64,000 nt of DNA from Bacteroidia bacterium (GTDB taxonomy: Bacteria; Bacteroidota; Bacteroidia; B-17B0; Aurantibacillaceae), in assembly GCA_039811645.1 (NCBI GenBank), contig JBDHZB010000006.1, forward strand, positions 1,293 to 65,292, read 5' to 3'. The translations under genes were made by a program, and so were the position numbers. Position 1 is the first letter of the stretch. Every line of letters begins with the position of its first letter. Below, one piece after another: positions 57,232 through 64,000 of this stretch. The notes beneath the pieces were generated by a model. It had not been told where the DNA came from. It made no database searches and worked only from the letters and a program-made list of their open reading frames with translations.

Positions 57232-59695
57232 TTACATACTGCCATTTATTACTATTTTTAGTTTCTTTTCTTACGGTCAGACTAAATATACTATCAGTGG
57301 AAAAATTTTTGACGCATCAACTAAAGAACCTTTGCCGTTTGTGCCTGTATTAATAAAAGGAACAACAATTGGCACACAGTCTGATTTTGAAGGCAACTAC
57401 ACCATTAAAACAGAAAAATTAACAGACTCTATTGTTGCTGTATATGTTGGATATAAAAAATTAGCAAGACCTATTCGTAAAAATATTACTGACCAAATTA
57501 TTAATTTTCCTTTAGTTTTAGAAAGCATTAGTTTAGATGAAGTAACCGTAAAAGCAGGAGAAAACCCCGCGCATAGGATTATTCGTAATGTGATAGCCAA
57601 TAAACCAAGACACAATCCTGCAAAGTTAGAAGCTTATCAATACGAAGTGTATAATAAAGTAGAATTTGACTTAAATAAAATTCCAAAAGAAATGCGAGAC
57701 AGCAAACTTATGAAGCCTGTTTCGTTTGTATTTAAAAATGTAGATAGTGTGTTTAGCGAAGAAAAACCATCTTTGCCATTTTTTATAATAGAAAATATTT
57801 CAGAGTTTTATTACAAAAAAAATCCTGCAAGAAAAAAAGAAATAGTAAAAGCCAGTAAAATTACAGGCTTTGAAAACCCTAGTATTTCTCAAGTAATGGG
57901 CGATATGTATCAAAACATCAACATTTACAACAACAATATTTTAGTATTCAGTAAGCAAGCGCCAAGCCCCATATCCAGTGAAGGATTTTTTTATTATAAA
58001 TACTTTTTAGAGGCAGATAGTGGATTTATCGGCAATAAATATTGTTACCACATACGCTTTAAACCAAAACGCTCTCAAGAACTTTCATTTACGGGAAACA
58101 TGTGGATAGCAGACTCCTCATGGGCTATTAAGCGCATTGAAATGTCCTTACCACAAGACGCTAATATTAACTTTATAAACTCTGTAAAATTTGCGCAAGA
58201 ATTTAACTTGGCAGATACAACATGGATGCTCTCCAAAGATAGACTGATAATTGATTTTTCTCCAACAAAAAAATCTATCGGGTTTTATGGAAGGAAAACA
58301 ACATCTTACAAAAATATTATTCTTAATAAGCCTATGGAGTCCAATTTTTATGAACTTGGAGATGCTATAATTGTTGCAGAAGATGCATTGAAAAAAGATG
58401 ATAAATTTTGGCAGGAAAATAGACACGACTCTTTAACTGTAAGAGAGCAAAAGATTTTTAAAATGATTGACACCATTCAATCACTTCCTGTTTATAAAAC
58501 ATGGATAGATGTTTTCTATTTACTATTTAATGGTTACAAAAAGATGAATAATTTTGAAATAGGTCCTTATTACAACATGGTTAGTTACAATCTAGTTGAA
58601 GGTCCCCGCTTTAGATTTGGTGGTCGCACAAGCAGCGTATTCAGTAAATGGTATGAACTAAATGGCTATGTTGCCTATGGAACAAAAGATGAAAAATGGA
58701 AATATGGACTTGGGTTCAGATGCTTTCTTACACAAAAACCAATTCGACAACTTGTAGGAATGTCCTATAAAAGCGACTATGAAATTTTAGGACAAACCAT
58801 CAATGATTTTTCACAAGATAATATTTTCGCATCTTTTTTAAGAGCAAGAGGACTAAAAACATTAACAAAAGTAAACAAAACAGAAGCATGGTATGAAAGA
58901 GATTGGTTCCCGGGGCTAACCACAAAGTTTACACTGTTTGGCTCTACATACACAGCACTGGATATGAACAGTCCTTACTTGTATAAAAGCACATTGGATA
59001 ATCAAATTAAACAAAAAGATTTTATTAAAGACGTAGAGTTTCGCGTGAATATTCGTTTTGCTTACAAAGAAAAATATATTGGTGGTAATTTTTATAGAAC
59101 ATCGTTAGGCACAACTTATCCTGTTATTCAGCTGATGTATTCAAAATCATTACCGGAAGCTTTCGGAGCAGAATATAATTTTCAACGCGTGGCACTCAGT
59201 ATTTCTAAAAGATTAAGAATCACTCCAATCTTAGGATTTACAAATGTAAAAATTACCGGAGGAAAAATATTTGGAGTACTGCCCTATCCACTAATGGAAC
59301 TGCATGCAGGGAATGAAACTTATATGTATGACCCTTATGCCTACAATATGATGCGTTATTTTGAATTTGTATCTGACCAATATGTTGCAGGAGCAATAGA
59401 ACATCATTTTGAAGGATTATTTTTAAATAAAATCCCGTTGTTGAAAAAACTAAAAATGAGAGAACTTGCAGGAATCAAGGGAGTTTGGGGAACAGTAAAT
59501 GATAAAAATAAAGCCGTGTTATATTTTCCTGCTTCATTAAAAACATTTAATAATTTACCTTACACAGAAGCAAATATCGGAGTCGAAAATATTGCCAAAT
59601 TTTTTAGAGTAGATGCTTTATGGCGGCTTACCTATCCTCTACCGCGTGCTATTGATAATTTTGGATTTAAATTTTCCTTCCAACTTCTTTTATAA
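57203..59695 (+). CDS. Outer-membrane-associated protein: carboxypeptidase-regulatory-like domain plus DUF5686-like region
   Basis: Signal peptide MKLYQKKYINYILPFITIFSFFSYGQ, then YTISGKIFDASTKEPLPFVPVLIKGT (CarbopepD_reg-like). The ATG at 57203 is preferred over the TTG at 57191. Overlaps dxr by 29 nt. Confidence 0.7.
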   Translation: MKLYQKKYINYILPFITIFSFFSYGQTKYTISGKIFDASTKEPLPFVPVLIKGTTIGTQSDFEGNYTIKTEKLTDSIVAVYVGYKKLARPIRKNITDQIINFPLVLESISLDEVTVKAGENPAHRIIRNVIANKPRHNPAKLEAYQYEVYNKVEFDLNKIPKEMRDSKLMKPVSFVFKNVDSVFSEEKPSLPFFIIENISEFYYKKNPARKKEIVKASKITGFENPSISQVMGDMYQNINIYNNNILVFSKQAPSPISSEGFFYYKYFLEADSGFIGNKYCYHIRFKPKRSQELSFTGNMWIADSSWAIKRIEMSLPQDANINFINSVKFAQEFNLADTTWMLSKDRLIIDFSPTKKSIGFYGRKTTSYKNIILNKPMESNFYELGDAIIVAEDALKKDDKFWQENRHDSLTVREQKIFKMIDTIQSLPVYKTWIDVFYLLFNGYKKMNNFEIGPYYNMVSYNLVEGPRFRFGGRTSSVFSKWYELNGYVAYGTKDEKWKYGLGFRCFLTQKPIRQLVGMSYKSDYEILGQTINDFSQDNIFASFLRARGLKTLTKVNKTEAWYERDWFPGLTTKFTLFGSTYTALDMNSPYLYKSTLDNQIKQKDFIKDVEFRVNIRFAYKEKYIGGNFYRTSLGTTYPVIQLMYSKSLPEAFGAEYNFQRVALSISKRLRITPILGFTNVKITGGKIFGVLPYPLMELHAGNETYMYDPYAYNMMRYFEFVSDQYVAGAIEHHFEGLFLNKIPLLKKLKMRELAGIKGVWGTVNDKNKAVLYFPASLKTFNNLPYTEANIGVENIAKFFRVDALWRLTYPLPRAIDNFGFKFSFQLLL

Positions 59696-59722
59696 AACAC
59701 TAATTTTACAGCAAAATTTATT

Positions 59723-61714
59723 ATGAAAAAATTTTTATTAGGGAACCTACTTATCTTAATGTTAAGCATTAATGGTTATTCAAACCCGGGAGATACCACA
59801 TGGGTACAAGTTGCAAACTATAACATGAACAACTATGGTACAACAGATTTTACAGTAGCGTTGCCGAATGGCTCTGTATCGTATAGAAAAATCCTTTATG
59901 TTTTTACATTAGGTACAACAACTTGCACACCGGGAAGTACTTATTGCCACCAATGGGATTATACCATTTTGAATTATTTATTTACACATACCGATAGCTT
60001 AGAAATAGCACGCTTAATTACACCATACGCAAATACAGGTGTTCCAAGATTTCCAACGGGCTGGACACAAAGATATATTTACGACATTACGGATTATTAT
60101 CACCAATTAAAGGATACTGTTACTTTTAGAATAAATTATTCGGGCTATTCATTTGGGTTTTCAGCTAATGTAAAAATTGCATTTATAGAAGGTGTTAGAG
60201 AACGAGATGTTTATGGTATAGATAAACTATGGGATGGTTATTTTACTTATGGCAATGCTGCCGACCCTATTGCGAATCATATTCCATTAAAGGTAAATAC
60301 TGTACCGGCAAGCACACAATCTTCTGAATTAAAATATTTGGTAACGGGGCATGGTTCAGATAATAATCAATGTTGTGAGTTTTTGGCACAGACATATACA
60401 GTTAACTTAAACGGTACAAATACAGATCAACATAGTATTTGGAAACCATGCGGCACAAACGAATTATATCCTCAAGGGGGAACATGGATTTATGACCGTG
60501 CCAACTGGTGTCCGGGAGAGCCAATCACTGTACTTAAACACAATTTATCGGGATTAACGCCAGGCAGCACATACTCATTAGTAGTAAATTATCCAAACTA
60601 TACCAGCAACGGTGCCGGCGGCTACGCTATTCATGGACATGTGATTCATCGTGGAGGATTTAATCATGTGTTAGATGCCAGCCTTGATGATGTTATTGCT
60701 CCAAGTGCATTTGAATGGTACTTTAGAGAAAACCCATCTGGTGATAAACCAACAATTATAGTACATAATTCCGGCTCTGATACCATCACCTCGCTTCAGC
60801 TTAAATATTGGGTAAAAGATTCTGTTCCAAGCACCTATAATTGGTCAGGAAGTATTAGTCCACTGTCTAATGCAACCATCACACTACCGGCTCTTAACAC
60901 ATTACTTACACTTTCCACAGCAAGTATTACAAGTTATAAATATTTTATTGCAAAGATATTGTCTGTGAACGGCATTGCAGATGAAGACAGCACCAATAAT
61001 ACATATTATAGTAAATTCAAACCATCTCCAAATTGGACAAGCGGATTTACTATACAATTTACAACCAATAATGAAGGAGCTACAGGGCTTAATGCTAACC
61101 CAAGTGAAACGAGCTGGGAACTTACCGACATGAGTGGAAACATTTTATATTCAAGAACAAATGTAAATATTAACACAGTGTATAAAGACACAATATATTT
61201 ACCGATAAAAGCATTTTATAAAATTAAAATTACTGATTTAGGATGCGATGGCTTACAGTGGTGGGTGTGGACACAAAACCCATCGTATGGTGTAACTGCC
61301 GGAAGTTTTTTTGTAAAAAAATTAGCAACACCTCCTGCACTGATTAACATGAACGGATATACTTATGGCGGAACATTCGGACATGATTTTGGATGTGAAT
61401 ATGTAACTTATTTTACTACCAATGGGCTTATCACAAAAACTGATGAGTATTCAAAAGAATTTAAGAATATGTATGTGTTTCCCAACCCTACAAATGGCAT
61501 ATTGCATTTAATGCTTTCTAAAGATAATAATTATGCAAGTTTTAATGGTAAAATTAATATTCTTGATATTAATGGTAAACAATTATATTCCGAACAAAAT
61601 ATCGGAAATGTTATTACCATTGATGTTTCAGGGTTTTCTTCAGGAACCTATTTTGTTTCTTATGAAGAAAAAGGACAACCTATTGTATATAAAAAGTTTA
61701 TTGTTACTAACTAA
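59723..61714 (+). CDS. PNGase F-like (peptide-N-glycosidase F-related) secreted protein with a T9SS C-terminal sorting domain
   Basis: By-eye alignment to my recollection of PNGase F: C..YCHQWDY / EIARLITPY..PRFPTGW; GHGSDNNQCCEF..WKPCG..DRANWCPG. C-terminus YVFPNPTNGILHL...GTYFVSY looks like a type-A T9SS sorting signal. Confidence 0.7.
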   Translation: MKKFLLGNLLILMLSINGYSNPGDTTWVQVANYNMNNYGTTDFTVALPNGSVSYRKILYVFTLGTTTCTPGSTYCHQWDYTILNYLFTHTDSLEIARLITPYANTGVPRFPTGWTQRYIYDITDYYHQLKDTVTFRINYSGYSFGFSANVKIAFIEGVRERDVYGIDKLWDGYFTYGNAADPIANHIPLKVNTVPASTQSSELKYLVTGHGSDNNQCCEFLAQTYTVNLNGTNTDQHSIWKPCGTNELYPQGGTWIYDRANWCPGEPITVLKHNLSGLTPGSTYSLVVNYPNYTSNGAGGYAIHGHVIHRGGFNHVLDASLDDVIAPSAFEWYFRENPSGDKPTIIVHNSGSDTITSLQLKYWVKDSVPSTYNWSGSISPLSNATITLPALNTLLTLSTASITSYKYFIAKILSVNGIADEDSTNNTYYSKFKPSPNWTSGFTIQFTTNNEGATGLNANPSETSWELTDMSGNILYSRTNVNINTVYKDTIYLPIKAFYKIKITDLGCDGLQWWVWTQNPSYGVTAGSFFVKKLATPPALINMNGYTYGGTFGHDFGCEYVTYFTTNGLITKTDEYSKEFKNMYVFPNPTNGILHLMLSKDNNYASFNGKINILDINGKQLYSEQNIGNVITIDVSGFSSGTYFVSYEEKGQPIVYKKFIVTN

Positions 61715-61719
61715 GTTAA

Positions 61720-62820
61720 TTATACATTAAATCGGAAGTGCATAATATCACCATCTTGAACAACATATTCTTTGCCCTCTATTCTTAATTTTCCGGCTTC
61801 TTTACAAGCTGTTTCTGAACCAAATTGAACAAAATCGTTGTACGACATTACTTCTGCTTTAATAAATCCTTTTTCAAAATCCGTATGAATAACACTTGCT
61901 GCTTGCGGTGCTTTCCAATCTTTTTCTATCGTCCATGCTCTTACTTCCTTTTCTCCTGCTGTAAAATATGTTTGAAGATTAAGTAACTTATATGCTTTCT
62001 TAATTAATTTATTTACGCCGGGTTCATCTAAACCCAGTTCCTGTAAAAACATTTGTTTCTCTTCATAAGTTTCTAGTGCTGCAATTTCACTTTCCATTTG
62101 TGCCGTAATTATTAGAACCTCTGCACCTTCTTCTTTTGCTATTTTTTCAATTTGTTCTGAAAATTGATTGCCTGTTTTAGCAGAAGATTCATCTACATTA
62201 CACACATATAAAACAGGTTTTATCGTTAATAAATTAATATCTTGAATTCTTGCTTTATCTTCATCGCTTAATTGTAATACCCTTACAGACTGTCCTTTTT
62301 CTAATACCTGCTTGATAGACTCTAAAAGATTAAATACTTTCAACGCTTCTTTGTCTTGTCCTGTTTTAGCTTGTTTTTCTATTTTTTTAATCCGTGCCTC
62401 AACAGCTTCCAAGTCCTTTAACTGAAGCTCCATATCAATAATTTCTTTATCTCTTATAGGGTTTACACTACCTTCTACATGAATAACATTAGCGTTTTCA
62501 AAACATCTGATAACATGAATAATGGCTTGACATTCTCTGATATTAGATAAAAATTTATTTCCTAACCCCTCTCCTTTACTTGCGCCTTTTACAAGTCCTG
62601 CTATATCAACAATCTCAACAGTAGTAGGAATAATATTTTGTGGTTTAACAAAATCTGAAATTTTATTTAACCGTTCATCCGGCACAGCAATGCTTCCAAC
62701 ATTTGGATCAATAGTACAAAAAGGAAAGTTCGCTGCTTGTGCTTTTGAATTACTTAAACAATTAAATAAAGTTGATTTTCCAACATTTGGTAACCCTACT
62801 ATTCCGCATTTTAAAGCCAT
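61720..62820 (-). CDS. ychF: Ribosome-binding ATPase YchF
   Basis: MALKCGIVGLPNVGKSTLFN and C-terminal VRAWTI..APQAASVIHTDFEKGFIKAEV. The ATG at 62820 is preferred because the track's 7-codon extension overlaps the -7 box. Confidence 0.95.
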   Translation of the reverse strand: MALKCGIVGLPNVGKSTLFNCLSNSKAQAANFPFCTIDPNVGSIAVPDERLNKISDFVKPQNIIPTTVEIVDIAGLVKGASKGEGLGNKFLSNIRECQAIIHVIRCFENANVIHVEGSVNPIRDKEIIDMELQLKDLEAVEARIKKIEKQAKTGQDKEALKVFNLLESIKQVLEKGQSVRVLQLSDEDKARIQDINLLTIKPVLYVCNVDESSAKTGNQFSEQIEKIAKEEGAEVLIITAQMESEIAALETYEEKQMFLQELGLDEPGVNKLIKKAYKLLNLQTYFTAGEKEVRAWTIEKDWKAPQAASVIHTDFEKGFIKAEVMSYNDFVQFGSETACKEAGKLRIEGKEYVVQDGDIMHFRFNV

Positions 62821-62837
62821 AATAAATTTTTGAGCGG

Positions 62838-62845
62838 GCAAATAT
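62838..62845 (-). promoter_or_regulatory. -7 promoter box TATATTTG upstream of ychF
   Basis: Exact TAnnTTTG match on the minus strand, 17 nt upstream of the ATG at 62820. Confidence 0.45.
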
Positions 62846-62906
62846 AAGAGTTTTTACCGTATTTATAATATCTATAAAAGATGTCTTAATTCTGCATTTT
62901 TTTTCT

Positions 62907-62914
62907 TATTTTTG
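62907..62914 (+). promoter_or_regulatory. -7 promoter box TATTTTTG upstream of the C10 peptidase gene
   Basis: Exact TAnnTTTG match, 22 nt upstream of the ATG at 62937. Confidence 0.4.
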
Positions 62915-62936
62915 TGAGTAATAAAAACCATTGTTT

Positions 62937-64000
62937 ATGAAAAAATTATATTTTAGTTTTGGATTGTGTTTAAGTTTTCTAATTGCTTTTACTAAACAAA
63001 TACCAATAGAGACAGCACAAAAAGTAGCTTCTAATTTTTTCAAGCTAAATACAAGGCAGGAGATTAAATCTATAAATATTAATTATACCGAAACACTTAA
63101 CTCCTCTGTGCCATATATTTACATTTTTAATATTAATTCGGGCTTTGTAGTTGTAAGTGCTGATGATAGAGGGTTTCCTGTGCTTGGTTATTCTTCGAAC
63201 AATCACTTTTCAGTTAAAAATATTTCTGTAAAAATTTGGATAAACAAACGTGCTGAAGAATTAAAATATGCAATTGAACACAATATTGCGCCTACATTAT
63301 CTCTTACTGAGCAATGGAATAAACTATCCTCTAACAATATTAATATCTCTGAATACAAAACCATGACGGGCACATTTGTATTACCGTTGCTTCAAACACA
63401 ATGGAATCAATCGCCCTACTACAATGCACTATGTCCGGGCGGTTCAGTAACGGGGTGTGTCGCCACTGCTATGGCGCAAATTATGAGATATTGGTGTTAT
63501 CCATCTGTTGGAAATGGGTCCAGTTCATACACTCATCCTACTTATGGTTATTTATCCGCCAACTATGGCACTACTACTTACACATGGTCAGCAATGCCGC
63601 CTTCTATTTCTTCACCTAATATGGCAGTAGCCATTATTAATTATCATTGTGGTGTGAGTGTAGAAATGGACTATTCTCCTTCCGCGAGTGGCGCTTGGGT
63701 ATGTGCAGGGGATAATCCTATATGTGCACAAACATCTTATACAAATTACTTTAGATATGATCCAGCTTTAATTCAAGATAAGTACAGAATGAATTACCCT
63801 ATAGACGCCAATTGGATTAGTTTATTAAAAAATGATTTAAATTTATCAAGACCTATACAGTACGCGGGATGGGACCTTAGTGCAGGCGGGCACACATGGG
63901 TATGTGATGGTTATGATGTGAATGATTTTTTTCATATGAACTGGGGGTGGGGCGGTGCATCAGACGGGTATTTCAACATCAACAACCTGAATGGCGGTGG
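62937..64000 (+). CDS. C10-family cysteine peptidase (streptopain/SpeB-like) with N-terminal Spi-like pro-domain; 3' end beyond the window
   Basis: Absent from the ORF track because it runs off the edge. My translation is MKKLYFSFGLCLSFLIAF..VVSADDRGFPVLGYS..QTQWNQSPYYNALCPGGSVTGCVATAMAQIMRYW..GGHTWVCDGYD..FHMNWGWGG. Catalytic Cys and His contexts match C10. Confidence 0.85.
   Translation, partial: MKKLYFSFGLCLSFLIAFTKQIPIETAQKVASNFFKLNTRQEIKSININYTETLNSSVPYIYIFNINSGFVVVSADDRGFPVLGYSSNNHFSVKNISVKIWINKRAEELKYAIEHNIAPTLSLTEQWNKLSSNNINISEYKTMTGTFVLPLLQTQWNQSPYYNALCPGGSVTGCVATAMAQIMRYWCYPSVGNGSSSYTHPTYGYLSANYGTTTYTWSAMPPSISSPNMAVAIINYHCGVSVEMDYSPSASGAWVCAGDNPICAQTSYTNYFRYDPALIQDKYRMNYPIDANWISLLKNDLNLSRPIQYAGWDLSAGGHTWVCDGYDVNDFFHMNWGWGGASDGYFNINNLNGG

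Noticed and set aside
63401-63619. 72-aa plus-strand ORF 63401-63619
   Set aside because: It lies in an alternative frame inside the C10 peptidase gene, which reads through from 62937 to the window edge with clear catalytic motifs.
1-64000. CRISPR arrays, IS elements, integrases, phage genes, tRNA or rRNA genes
   Set aside because: I saw no regularly spaced direct repeats, no transposase- or integrase-like ORFs, and no cloverleaf-capable segments in the few intergenic regions longer than 100 nt. The only long repeat is the 62-bp alaS promoter duplication reported above.

Overview
This is an AT-rich, very gene-dense chromosomal segment with about 50 CDS and almost no non-coding DNA. It looks like a Bacteroidota genome. 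The evidence is a T9SS C-terminal sorting domain, a DUF4835 protein, a fused SecDF, a DUF3276/PUR-like protein, and recurrent TAnnTTTG '-7' promoter boxes with no Shine-Dalgarno sequences. Most genes are housekeeping: lspA, miaB, glmS, pth, secDF, alaS, radA, holB, smpB, dxr, ychF, galE, rlmI, ltaE and bdhA. Cell-envelope and polysaccharide genes are interspersed among them: four glycosyltransferases, a methyltransferase, a Wzx-like flippase, two MBOAT O-acyltransferases, DUF2079- and DUF6044-like membrane proteins and two ABC exporters. There are also secreted or surface proteins: an LRR protein, TPR proteins, lipoproteins, a PNGase F-like T9SS cargo and a C10 cysteine protease. I found no rRNA, tRNA, CRISPR array, transposase, integrase, phage genes or recognisable defence or toxin-antitoxin module. 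I cannot point to a clear-cut novel system. Four candidates are the best I can offer. (1) A 62-bp perfect direct repeat duplicates the alaS promoter and 5' end and brackets a 3-kb MBOAT + AlgX/AlgJ-like cassette. (2) A three-gene operon of unknown function has its own promoter and encodes a two-module cytochrome-c-like lipoprotein, a YceI protein and an outer-membrane beta-barrel. (3) Two small orphan ORFs sit between a DUF4835 gene and a glycosyltransferase; one is built from 4 x 25-residue repeats and is coupled to the DUF4835 gene. (4) There are several odd operon architectures: a histidine kinase with a binding protein and permease but no ATPase or regulator, a miaB stop abutting a secreted LRR gene, and an orphan 150-aa ORF. 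All family assignments come from reading motifs by eye. No database search was run.
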